Source of the DNA: Candidatus Onstottus arcticum
Lineage (GTDB): Bacteria > Acidobacteriota > Blastocatellia > UBA7656
Length of the DNA stretch: 64,000 nt
Direction of reading: 5' to 3'
Assembly (NCBI GenBank): GCA_038040485.1
Contig: JBBPIE010000006.1
Location: 142,435 to 206,434, forward strand
A model generated the notes under the pieces. That model was not told the origin of the DNA, did no database searches, and saw only the letters and a program-made list of their open reading frames with translations. Both the position numbers and the translations under genes were made by a program. Positions 15,666 through 24,252 of this stretch are shown piece after piece (the first letter of the stretch is position 1; each line of letters begins with the position of its first letter).

Positions 15666-17207
15666 TTAGAGCGTCTTCAAAAACGCGATCAACGCGCGTT
15701 TGTCTTCAGCCGAAAGCTCCAAACCGAACTCGTGGCCCTTCACTGCGCGAGTCTTAACACCCGGGCCCTTCCAGCCGCTCGGCACGTAATCATCCTTGAG
15801 CCGCTGCACATCAAACCACTCCTCAAGCGAAGCCACCGACCCCGAGTGCTCGACCAAGGCGCGATACCAAAGTCCCTTCAACGTGGGCACCTTGTAGTAG
15901 CCGGTTCCTTTCCGCGTCTTCAATGCCAATGACGAGTCAGTCCCGACTCGCATGCCTTTCATTACGTGAAGCCGCGCCGTTAGCGGATCATCTTTCGGCG
16001 GAGTGAACCCGTCAGCCGGAATCAGCATGTTGTTGGTGTACAGCGGAGGCGTGTGGCACGTAGCGCAGCCTTCGCTCTTGAAGACTTGCTCACCGCGTCG
16101 CGCAACGTCATCCATCTTGTGCGGGCTGGGAGGCGATTCGAGCGAGTAGACGAACTTTCCAAGCGCATACAACGCTTCGTCGGGAAACCGCGAAGTCAGC
16201 TTGCGCTGCTGGTCGTTGAAGAACTTGTACGGCCCGATCGAACCGTCGTCCGCGGTGTTCACAAGAATTGCGTATCGGGCGATGTCTTCGGGTCCACGGT
16301 TGGCGTGAGTGCCTGTGTGATCGATGTAGCGGCGATCTTTTATTCCGTTGAGGTCCGCGATCTTGGTGACGTAGTACGGGCTGCCGTTGAACCGCGCGAA
16401 CGTCCCGTTGATAGGGAAGCCGTCCACCGCGCCAATCTCCTGGCGGCTCATCGTCTTGAAGCCCGCGTGAATGTCGTCCTTGACCCAGGGCGTGCCGTAC
16501 GATGCGTACTCGGCCTCGTTGATCGTGATCTTGCGGGCTTCGAGGTCGCGTCCAAACCCCTCAATCAGAATACCGAGCCCGCCGCCGGTGAAGGTTCTGG
16601 TTGCTGCCCCGAGCAGCACGCTGTGGTCGTCCATCAGCCGAGTGTGACAGCCCGCGCAGTCCGCGAGGCCGACTTTCAGCTTGCCGTCTTTAGTGACGAC
16701 ATAACGCATTTGCAGGATCACTCCGTCCTTAGTCACTTCACCGTCGGCTTTCTTGATTGCGTCGCGGTCGCCGATGAACTTGAAGATGCCGGGATCGTCG
16801 GTTCGAGTGACGGGGAAGTCGAGTCCTTCGAAGACGCGGCGGCCCGCTTCGATCCAGTCGCGTTCGGTCTTGAGCGTCGCAGGTTCGATCATCGGCTGAG
16901 CGCCCTGCTTGATCATCCACTCGCGATAGCCTTTGGGCTCGAAGTCGGGATGGTAGACCGGGTATGTGCGCAGATTGTCGACCGGCGCGGCGTAGTACTC
17001 TTCTTCGCTGTAGAAGTTTGGCGTCGCGTTCAGCCCGGCCACCGGGGTAGCCCACGTAGCGAGTTGCTTCGTGTCCCAGATCTTCGGAACGACGATCTTC
17101 CCGGAAGTCGCGGCCGGTTTCGTCTGAGCGATCGAGCCCGGCATCATAAGAAACAGAGTGCCGGCAGCCCAAAGAAGCGCCAGTAGGAAACGATCGAGTC
17201 TTCGCAT
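15666..17207 (-). CDS. di-heme c-type cytochrome (cytochrome-c peroxidase/MauG/DUF1111-like oxidoreductase), secreted
   Basis: 513 aa, ATG start, signal peptide MRRLDRFLLALLWAAGTLFLMMPGSIAQT. Two CxxCH heme-binding motifs (CAGCH and CATCH) about 200 aa apart. Confidence 0.8.
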   Translation of the reverse strand: MRRLDRFLLALLWAAGTLFLMMPGSIAQTKPAATSGKIVVPKIWDTKQLATWATPVAGLNATPNFYSEEEYYAAPVDNLRTYPVYHPDFEPKGYREWMIKQGAQPMIEPATLKTERDWIEAGRRVFEGLDFPVTRTDDPGIFKFIGDRDAIKKADGEVTKDGVILQMRYVVTKDGKLKVGLADCAGCHTRLMDDHSVLLGAATRTFTGGGLGILIEGFGRDLEARKITINEAEYASYGTPWVKDDIHAGFKTMSRQEIGAVDGFPINGTFARFNGSPYYVTKIADLNGIKDRRYIDHTGTHANRGPEDIARYAILVNTADDGSIGPYKFFNDQQRKLTSRFPDEALYALGKFVYSLESPPSPHKMDDVARRGEQVFKSEGCATCHTPPLYTNNMLIPADGFTPPKDDPLTARLHVMKGMRVGTDSSLALKTRKGTGYYKVPTLKGLWYRALVEHSGSVASLEEWFDVQRLKDDYVPSGWKGPGVKTRAVKGHEFGLELSAEDKRALIAFLKTL

Positions 17208-17245
17208 CTTTCACCTCGCAATCAAGTCGGACATATCATTCGCCG

Positions 17246-17342
17246 GGAGCGCGGAAGTAGCATAGACTTTAGTCTGTGTCTGCGACCCACGAAAAGAGCT
17301 CCACGGACACAGACTAAAGTCTATGCTACTTCTGCGCTCCCA
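17246..17342. repeat. 97-nt near-perfect hairpin (36-bp arms, 25-nt loop) with family-A-like termini GGGAGCGCGG...CTGCGCTCCC
   Basis: Left arm gggagcgcggaagtagcatagactttagtctgtgtc (17246-17281) and right arm gacacagactaaagtctatgctacttctgcgctccc (17307-17342) are reverse complements with 1 mismatch. It lies between the cytochrome gene start (17207) and tRNA-Ser. Confidence 0.8.
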
Positions 17343-17432
17343 GGAGACTCTGAACTCAAACTAAACGCCATCGATTGGGCCTCAGCTTGATAGCCATCGG
17401 AAGCGTCCGGTATACTCCGACGAGTCTTTGAT

Positions 17433-17525
17433 GGAGAAGTCGCCTAGTGGCTGAGGGCGGCGGTTTGCTAAACCGCTATAGGCTGTAAAGGCCTATCGAG
17501 GGTTCGAATCCCTCCTTCTCCGCCA
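17433..17525 (+). tRNA. tRNA-Ser (anticodon GCU), CCA encoded
   Basis: Acceptor GGAGAAG/CTTCTCC, D-arm GCC..GGC, anticodon stem GCGGT/ACCGC with loop TTGCTAA, long variable arm, T-arm GAGGG TTCGAAT CCCTC, discriminator G, CCA. Confidence 0.9.
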
Positions 17526-17540
17526 TTTTCATCAAAGGGA

Positions 17541-17565
17541 GAAGCCGGCCACGCGCCGGCTTTTT
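17541..17565 (+). terminator. rho-independent terminator after tRNA-Ser
   Basis: GCCGGC-cacgc-GCCGGC stem-loop followed by TTTTT. Confidence 0.7.
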
Positions 17566-17701
17566 CCAATTCAGCGGAGAGATTAGTCCGCGCCTCGTTC
17601 TCTTGGCAACCCGAAGCGGACGCTCTTCCTCCCCGCGAGTAGTTGGGATTGAGGGAAGGACTAACCGCAGAGACGTCGAGACGCAGAGCCGGCGCCGAGG
17701 A

Positions 17702-18472
17702 TCAAAGCGCAAGTTCAACGACGACCGGCGCGTGGTCTGACGGACGCTCCCAGCTTCGAGGTGCTTTGTCGATTACGACTGAGGTAGCTTGCGCGGCCAA
17801 CGGGTTCGATACCCAAACGTGATCGATCCTCAGCCCGAGGTTTCGGCGAAAAGCTCCAGCGCGATAGTCCCACCACGAGAACTCTTTGTCGGAAGCGTTG
17901 TGAAGGCGAAACGCGTCGACAAAGCCCCACTGCTTGACGTGCTCGAGCGCGTTGCGCTCGCCCTCGCTGCACAAGATCTTCCCACGCCAGAGGTTTGGAT
18001 CGTGAATGTCGCGGTCTTCGGGAGCTACGTTGAAGTCGCCGCACAGCAGAACACGCCCGGCAGTGTCGCAATGCGAATCGAAGAACTCTCGCAGGCGGTG
18101 CATCCAGTCGAGCTTGAAGCTGTACTTTTCAGTGCCAACAGCTTGTCCGTTCGGGATGTAGACGTTGACGACTCGAACTCCGCCTACGGTCGCGGCCAGC
18201 AAGCGAGATTGAGCGCCGGGCTCGGCGTCAGTATAGCCGCGCTGTGTGTCTTCGCACTTCGCCCGCGAAACGATGGCGACTCCGTTATAGGTAGCCTGGC
18301 CGAACGACTCGGAGAGGTAGCCGATTTCGCCGAACGCTTCGACGGGAAACTTCTCGTCGATGCATTTGGTCTCTTGCATGCAGAGCACATCGGGTTTTGC
18401 GGCTTCCAGCCACTTCAACACGAGCGGCAATCTCGCGGCGATTGAATTGACGTTCCAGGTGGCTAGCTTCAC
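17702..18472 (-). CDS. xth: exodeoxyribonuclease III (AP endonuclease, Xth family)
   Basis: 256 aa MKLATWNVNSIAARLP...CMQETK...LCGDFNVAPEDRDIH...RIDHVWVS: full-length ExoIII/EEP signature motifs. GTG start. Confidence 0.9.
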   Translation of the reverse strand: MKLATWNVNSIAARLPLVLKWLEAAKPDVLCMQETKCIDEKFPVEAFGEIGYLSESFGQATYNGVAIVSRAKCEDTQRGYTDAEPGAQSRLLAATVGGVRVVNVYIPNGQAVGTEKYSFKLDWMHRLREFFDSHCDTAGRVLLCGDFNVAPEDRDIHDPNLWRGKILCSEGERNALEHVKQWGFVDAFRLHNASDKEFSWWDYRAGAFRRNLGLRIDHVWVSNPLAAQATSVVIDKAPRSWERPSDHAPVVVELAL

Positions 18473-18740
18473 TTGAGATCTCCGTCAAGTCGTGGAGCAA
18501 GCACAATCTGCAAAGGAGTTTCTGAACAAACCGCCTGCTCGGAGCTAAGAGAATATTCGACGGCTTCGGACGTGTCCACCGGCCCGCGACCCCGCGCGAA
18601 CCCCGCGCCTTTCCGGCTCCGCGGTTGGTCGGTGATGCGGTCGACTTCTAACCGCGGAGGCGCCGAGACGCGGAGGCTTGCGCAGAGACTACCGCGGCCC
18701 TTAATAATGAAGGCCGCCAACGGCGGCGGCCTTGAGTGAG

Positions 18741-18813
18741 TACCCGCGGCGGGATTCGAACCTGCGGCCTCTTGCTCCGGAGGCAAGCGCTCTATCCACT
18801 GAGCTACGCGGGC
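18741..18813 (-). tRNA. tRNA-Arg (anticodon CCG), CCA not encoded
   Basis: Reverse complement GCCCGCGTAGCTCAGTGGATAGAGCGCTTGCCTCCGGAGCAAGAGGCCGCAGGTTCGAATCCTGCCGCGGGTA. Cloverleaf with anticodon loop CUCCGGA. Confidence 0.85.
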
Positions 18814-19023
18814 AAGCTCGAAAAGGATAGCGGCTTGCCGGGACAGTGTCAAAGTTTGATGCCGGCAGGTGCGTGACAGATTCTCGCGTACGCAATTCGG
18901 GTGGGCATCAAGTGAAAGATCCTAATTGCTGATCCGCGCGGCAACTCCGGCCGCGCGAAAGCGTGACGCGCACCGCAACCCCTCCGGGGAGCTCTGCGAG
19001 TCTCTGTAGAGTGACCCTCGTGC

Positions 19024-20568
19024 GTGATCGGTTTGAATTCTCATGAGAGTAAGTGGTTTAGTGTTGCGGTGCTTTCGCTCCCTGTGACTGCCGCGAGCCG
19101 ACGCCTCGAGCCCGGCAGCTTGTTTGTCTGGATGGCCGCCGCGGCTTTGGCCGGCGCCGCGTGCTACCGCTACTTCCAACAGCCGACGTTTTGGCTGGAC
19201 GAAGCTTTCATTGCGGTCTCGCTGCGCACGCCGTCGCTTCACGTCATCTTTGGCCGGCTCGAGTACGGCCAGCTCTTTCCCCGGCTCTACCTCGGCGCGA
19301 TCGCGATAGTCCGAGAAGCGCTCGGGTATCAAATCTGGTCGTTGAGGCTGCTCCCGTTTTTGAGCTTCGTCGCCGCGACTCTGCTCTGGGCGCGGCTACT
19401 TGTCCTGAGAGCACGATGGCACGCGGCACTGGGGTTTCTAGCCGGCGCGCTGTTGATCGGAGCGACGTCCTGGCTCGAACAAGCGATTCAACTCAAGCAG
19501 TACACGTTTGACGTCGTGCTGGCTCTCGCGCCGTTTCTTATCGACGACTCGCTTTTCGATGAAGCTTTGATTGTTGGCAAACGCCGCGCGAGGCTTATAG
19601 CATTCGCGCTGCCGTGTGCGCTGTCGTACACGTATCCGTTTGCGATGGGCGCTCGCGTTGCGGGCTGGTACTTGCAGCGAGCCCGAGGGGCCGGATGGCG
19701 TCTCAACAAGACCTCCGTGCTTGTGCTGGCAGGCGCGATTGTTGCGGCGCTGGCGGGAGTTTGGTTCGCGGATCATCGTTTCAATATCTATGATCGCGAA
19801 TCCTATTCGGCTTACTGGAGCGACTGCATCCTCGGCGAGTGCCTGAAGGAACACGCGTCCGAGGCGCCGCGACTGCTCGCGAAGTTCCTGTGGGGCTGGC
19901 AGGGACGTCAGCCGTTTGTGCTCGCGTTGCTCGCGCCGCTGCAAGCGCTCGGAGTTTATTCGGTGATAAGGAGACTGAAGCGCCGAGAGCCCGAGGAAGG
20001 CACCGGCGGATGGGGTTCGCGGTCTCTCGGCTCATTGATCTTGCTCATCGGGGTGATCCTCGCGAGCCTGCTCGTCAAGTACCCTATCTGCTCGGGACGA
20101 GTCGTCCTGTTCACTCAAATTCACACGCAACTAATGGCAATCGAAGGAGCGCTGCTGCTTCTCGCTTCGCTCAGACAGCGACGAGCCGCAATGGTGCTCG
20201 CCTGGCTTTGTGTCGCCGTTGTCGCGTTTCATTCAGTTCGAGCTTATGCGCGTTTGGCTTCGAGTGAACCCGCGGAGAATCTGCGACCGGTGCTTTCGAT
20301 GATCAAACCCGAAGAAGCGGACGCGGTGCTTGTGCATTCGTGTTCCACGGCCCAGGTGCGCAGTTTGCCCGAGCCGTTGCCGTTAAGGCGAGTCGTATTT
20401 GCAAACGTGCGTACCCGGCCGCAGCAGGGTGAGAAGACGTGGGTGTTGTGGACTCACCTTGGAAACGCCGATTGTGTGAAGGAGCTTGAGCAACTTCGGG
20501 GCTGGTCGCGTAGCTGGCAAATCGTCCACGAAGGCCCAGGCCGCGGATTGGCGCTTGCGGAGTTTTAG
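19024..20568 (+). CDS. polytopic membrane protein, putative GT-C-fold glycosyltransferase (ArnT/PMT-like)
   Basis: 514 aa. GTG at 19024 or ATG at 19132. More than 10 TM segments. First loop FWLDEAFIAVSL...LEYGQLFPRLYLG resembles the ArnT/GT39 DE loop. Directly upstream of a clear GT39 gene. Confidence 0.55.
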   Translation: MIGLNSHESKWFSVAVLSLPVTAASRRLEPGSLFVWMAAAALAGAACYRYFQQPTFWLDEAFIAVSLRTPSLHVIFGRLEYGQLFPRLYLGAIAIVREALGYQIWSLRLLPFLSFVAATLLWARLLVLRARWHAALGFLAGALLIGATSWLEQAIQLKQYTFDVVLALAPFLIDDSLFDEALIVGKRRARLIAFALPCALSYTYPFAMGARVAGWYLQRARGAGWRLNKTSVLVLAGAIVAALAGVWFADHRFNIYDRESYSAYWSDCILGECLKEHASEAPRLLAKFLWGWQGRQPFVLALLAPLQALGVYSVIRRLKRREPEEGTGGWGSRSLGSLILLIGVILASLLVKYPICSGRVVLFTQIHTQLMAIEGALLLLASLRQRRAAMVLAWLCVAVVAFHSVRAYARLASSEPAENLRPVLSMIKPEEADAVLVHSCSTAQVRSLPEPLPLRRVVFANVRTRPQQGEKTWVLWTHLGNADCVKELEQLRGWSRSWQIVHEGPGRGLALAEF

Positions 20569-20581
20569 CATTCAAGTTCCT

Positions 20582-20620
20582 GGTCCTTGGTCATTAGTCC
20601 TTGGTACTTAGTCCTTAGCC
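20582..20620 (+). repeat. three 13-nt direct repeats (GTCCTTGG core) immediately upstream of the GT39 start codon
   Basis: ggtccttggtcat / tagtccttggtac / ttagtccttagcc, then ATG at 20621. Confidence 0.5.
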
Positions 20621-22480
20621 ATGAGCGACAAACAGATCGAGCGTGCGAAGCTAATCGGTTTTTTTGCGGGCGTTGCCGCTCTCAGCTTAATCCTGCGGAT
20701 CTCCTACTCAGGCCATCTCTTTCAAGATGATGGGTTGTGGTTCACGGCTGCCGAGCAAATTCTGCGCGGCAAGGCGCTCTACTCTGAAATCTATTTCGAC
20801 AAGCCGCCGGCCCTCCCGCTCGTTTATGCGGCGCTGTTCAAGCTCTTTGGCGCCCACATCATAATCATCCGGCTGTTTACCGTATGCTACTCAGTCGCGA
20901 TCTCAGCCGTGCTCTATTTCTTCGGGTCGTGGCTGTACGACCGCCGCACGGGCATGTTGGCGGCCGGGATGTTCGCGTTTTTCAGCACAATTTCTGTGAA
21001 CAACCACGTGCAAGGACTCAACACTGATTTCCTGATGCTGCTGCCTTACACGCTTGGCGCGTATTTGCTTATTCGCGCATGCTTCGAGCAGCGCGGCTTG
21101 TTGGCGCTGGCTGGAGGCGCGCTGGCCGGTATCGCCATCCAGACCAATCCCAAAGGCTTCTTCGACCTGATGTTCTTCGTTTTGATTTTGCTCATGGGTT
21201 GGGCGTGGGGACGTCTCAACAAAGACTCTCAGTTCGTTGATTTCAAATTGAGTTTTGCGTCTGCGACGCGATTGCTCGCGCTGTCGGCCGCCGGCGTTGT
21301 TGCGGGCGCGATTCCGTTCGTCGCTTATGTTGCGATCACCCATTCGCTTTCTGACTACTGGTTGTCGGTCTGGGTCTGGGGCACCCGCTACGCAAGCTAT
21401 TCGGCGACGCCGCCTGCCCTGGGTCGAGGGACATGGCTCTCAGCGACCTACCTGGTGCGCAATAACACATTGTTGTTTGGGCTCGCGTTTGTCATAGCAG
21501 TCACGGTCCGGCAAGGGATTCATTATCGAAAGGCTCAGCGAGGGCAAGCGAGTAGTGAGGAAGACCCTGAGAGCGCGGGCATCCTGCCCGCCGACCTCGG
21601 GAGCGAGCGCTTGTTGGGGCAAGAGATGCGGGCAGGATGCCCGCGCTCCCAGGATTTCAGATCAGATGTGACGATTCTTTTATGGCTTGCTGTGTCGTAT
21701 GCAGGAGTGATGGCAGGCGGCCGATTCTACTCCAACTACTTCTTTCAAATCCTGCCGAGTCTTTGCCTGATCGGCGCTCGGGGACTGATCGGCATCACCT
21801 CCGCTTTGAAGGCGAAACCGCCAGGGTTGCGGCGCGCCACAACCATCTTGATAGCGATTTGTTTTGTTATCACGGCCGTTCGTTTTCACACGCGCACTGC
21901 TGTTCTAGCGGCCGGCTGGATGCGCGGAACGAGCGGTGGAACAAACGGCGGTTGGTATCACAACGAACTCAATCGCGAGGAGCAATTGGTCGCTGCGTTG
22001 GTGAGAGACCTGCCTGATGGCGCGGATCGGATCGAGCGCGCGGGCGTGGAGGCGTTGCGGGCCGGCCGGCCGCCGGGCACGGTCGAGGGACCTGCGGACT
22101 ATCTTTTTGTTTGGGGATCGCGAGACGAAATCTATTACTGGTCAGGCCTGCTTCCAGCGTCGCGGTACTTAAGCGCGCAGCCGCTCACCGGCGTGCCTGC
22201 GGATACCCAGCACGTGGATGACAAGAGCCGTTCTATTCTCAGCGAAGAGGGGATGGCGGCCGCGCGAGCTCAATTGGTCCGCGACCTCGATCGGGCTCGC
22301 CCGAAATACATCGTCGACGAAATTGGTTTTTTCAATGCCGCTCTATCGATCCAGTCATACCCTGAACTCAAAGCGTTCATGAGAAACTACAGAGCCATCG
22401 GTGCGGCGGGCCGCTTTCTGATTTATCGCTGGAAGGAAGAAGATGATTCAAGCGGGGCGCAAGGCGCACCAGGTAATTAA
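20621..22480 (+). CDS. glycosyltransferase family 39 / ArnT-like (PMT_2) GT-C membrane glycosyltransferase; carries an in-frame family-A repeat insertion
   Basis: ATG start. N-terminal motif YSEIYFDKPPALPLVYAALFKLFG is the GT39/GT83 (Y/F)xxKPP loop. Multiple TM helices. Large C-terminal soluble region. Confidence 0.8.
   Translation: MSDKQIERAKLIGFFAGVAALSLILRISYSGHLFQDDGLWFTAAEQILRGKALYSEIYFDKPPALPLVYAALFKLFGAHIIIIRLFTVCYSVAISAVLYFFGSWLYDRRTGMLAAGMFAFFSTISVNNHVQGLNTDFLMLLPYTLGAYLLIRACFEQRGLLALAGGALAGIAIQTNPKGFFDLMFFVLILLMGWAWGRLNKDSQFVDFKLSFASATRLLALSAAGVVAGAIPFVAYVAITHSLSDYWLSVWVWGTRYASYSATPPALGRGTWLSATYLVRNNTLLFGLAFVIAVTVRQGIHYRKAQRGQASSEEDPESAGILPADLGSERLLGQEMRAGCPRSQDFRSDVTILLWLAVSYAGVMAGGRFYSNYFFQILPSLCLIGARGLIGITSALKAKPPGLRRATTILIAICFVITAVRFHTRTAVLAAGWMRGTSGGTNGGWYHNELNREEQLVAALVRDLPDGADRIERAGVEALRAGRPPGTVEGPADYLFVWGSRDEIYYWSGLLPASRYLSAQPLTGVPADTQHVDDKSRSILSEEGMAAARAQLVRDLDRARPKYIVDEIGFFNAALSIQSYPELKAFMRNYRAIGAAGRFLIYRWKEEDDSSGAQGAPGN
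21568..21653. repeat. family-A MITE/REP-like element, copy 3, inserted in-frame inside the GT39 CDS
   Basis: Left arm tgagagcgcgggcatcctgcccgc (21568-21591) and right arm gcgggcaggatgcccgcgctcccagga (21628-21653) are reverse complements. Translated in frame as ...ESAGILPADLGSERLLGQEMRAGCPRSQ... Confidence 0.65.
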
Positions 22481-23865
22481 TGCCCGGCCCGCGTCCGGTA
22501 CTCAGTGGTTCCACTATGACGGCTCAACATCGAAACCGGACCCTTGCAGTTGCGGTTTGGTGCGCAGCATTGATCCTCTCTGGGGTTGGCCAAGCGCAAG
22601 CCGTGTTGGAACGCATTCAAGCCGCAAAGTCTGACATCAACCTCTCGCCGCGGCGGGCTCCGCTTCTGGGCGCCGATATGTCGTTCGCTTCCGACCCGTC
22701 GCAGCTAATCGAAGGATGGCTTGACCAGGAGAAGGGCGACGCGATGGCAGCCGCGTTCAACAGCGCCGGTTTGAAGAGCCTGCGTTTTCTGTTTGGCGGT
22801 CTCTACTCACCACTTGGTCCGGAAGCGTCGGCGAGAGTGAAAGCCGAGAACAAAGGAACGAATCCGTATCAGTGGTTTCCGCTCGACAGCTACGTCGAGT
22901 TTATAGCCCGGCACAACTTCACGACCATCGTCGGCGTCAACGTCGAAGAAGGCCCCGTCGTCGCGCGCGACGCGATTCAAAAGTTCATCGACCGCGGGTT
23001 GAAAGACCGGATCGTCGCAGTCGAGCTATCAAACGAACCGTGGCTGAATCACCGCCCGTGGCTGCCCGAAGACTTTGCCGCGCGCTCCGCCGACGTGATC
23101 GATGGATTGACGCCGCTTGGTGTTCGATTCGCATTGCCGCTTACGGTGGGCGGTGACAACAACACGCCGACGAAGCTGACCGACAACGAGTGGGTCACAC
23201 GAATGCTTCGCGCGCTCTCGGCGCGAATCGACCTCAAGAATCGCAATGACATCTACGGTGTTGTGCATCTGTACTCAAAAGGAATGCGAGGCAAGAGCGT
23301 CGAGTTCTTCAACAAAGTCGTCCAGCCGTTTGCTCCGCGCATGCGCTACGTGGTCACCGAGTTCAACATTCGGCTGAGCCTCGAAGGCAACCCGCACCTT
23401 ACGAACAAGTACGCGATGGAATTTGCTCTCAAGCTCGCCGACGTGATGAGCCGCCCGGAGATCGAAGCGATGTACACGCACTCGGTCCCCCATCACTCGG
23501 TTCTCTATTGGGCGAACGGCCGGAAGTACGCGACGGTTGTGGGAGGCCGCGATGACAAGCTCACCGGAGAGGCGATGTCACGCGGCTGGCATCTGACGCC
23601 GACTGGAAAAGTGTACGATCTGTACTCGCGTCTTGCGTGGAACGGAGACGTAATCTTGTATCGTGGCGGCGATAAGCTGAGCTATTGGGCTGTCAGGCAA
23701 GGGAACGGCCGCGTGGTTATGACTCTGATTAACGACAGCAATACGGCTGCTAAGAAAAAAGTGAACATCGAAGGCCGCGAGATGAGCTTGAGCGCGCCGC
23801 CGCGTTCAATCGTCTGTTTTGAGAAAGACGGAAAAGAAATCGAACGGCTTGTGCTTCGCTACTGA
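22480..23865 (+). CDS. secreted glycoside hydrolase, clan GH-A TIM-barrel (GH5/GH30/GH39-like)
   Basis: Start ATG overlaps the upstream stop (TAATG). Signal peptide MTAQHRNRTLAVAVWCAALILSGVGQAQA. VELSNEPW (acid/base Glu in NEP) and VVTEFN (nucleophile Glu) are spaced as in clan GH-A. Confidence 0.6.
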   Translation: MPGPRPVLSGSTMTAQHRNRTLAVAVWCAALILSGVGQAQAVLERIQAAKSDINLSPRRAPLLGADMSFASDPSQLIEGWLDQEKGDAMAAAFNSAGLKSLRFLFGGLYSPLGPEASARVKAENKGTNPYQWFPLDSYVEFIARHNFTTIVGVNVEEGPVVARDAIQKFIDRGLKDRIVAVELSNEPWLNHRPWLPEDFAARSADVIDGLTPLGVRFALPLTVGGDNNTPTKLTDNEWVTRMLRALSARIDLKNRNDIYGVVHLYSKGMRGKSVEFFNKVVQPFAPRMRYVVTEFNIRLSLEGNPHLTNKYAMEFALKLADVMSRPEIEAMYTHSVPHHSVLYWANGRKYATVVGGRDDKLTGEAMSRGWHLTPTGKVYDLYSRLAWNGDVILYRGGDKLSYWAVRQGNGRVVMTLINDSNTAAKKKVNIEGREMSLSAPPRSIVCFEKDGKEIERLVLRY

Positions 23866-23876
23866 GGATCAGGGGG

Positions 23877-23903
23877 CAGCAGGCAGGGATGCCTGCGCTC
23901 CCA
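23877..23903. repeat. solo family-A terminal arm (GCAGCAGGCAGGGATGCCTGCGCTCCCA) 12 nt after the GH stop
   Basis: Identical to the right arm of copy 1 (4295-4320). No partner arm nearby. Confidence 0.5.
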
Positions 23904-24252
23904 CGGCATTCATTTCGCCATTGTCGAAGGAATCGGAGGGGTGCCGGATGAATCCGCGATGCTGTCCGGTGGCGGCGCGGACTTGCCACCGGCTAAATTC
24001 CGTCGCCACTCTGTGGCGGAATGGTCAGCAACTCACTAACACCACAAAACCGAAGACTCGCGGTGGAACGAATCCATAAGGCTCAGCGCGTCTCCCCTTG
24101 TCACCTTCGGCGAACGTCTGCAAAAATGCATCGAGGCCGCTGGAACGCTTTGCCCGCGCGTTGCGTTCAAGCGTTTGGCCCGTCAGCCTCAAACAGGCAA
24201 GCTCAACTGGTCGAGCCCCGAACACTCCCGATAGCACCGAAGTCAAAGCCGG

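Noticed and set aside
18469-18895. 127-aa and 64-aa minus-strand ORFs between xth and the GT-C gene
   Set aside because: They overlap tRNA-Arg(CCG) (18741-18813) and its flanks. The tRNA cloverleaf explains the sequence conservation here.
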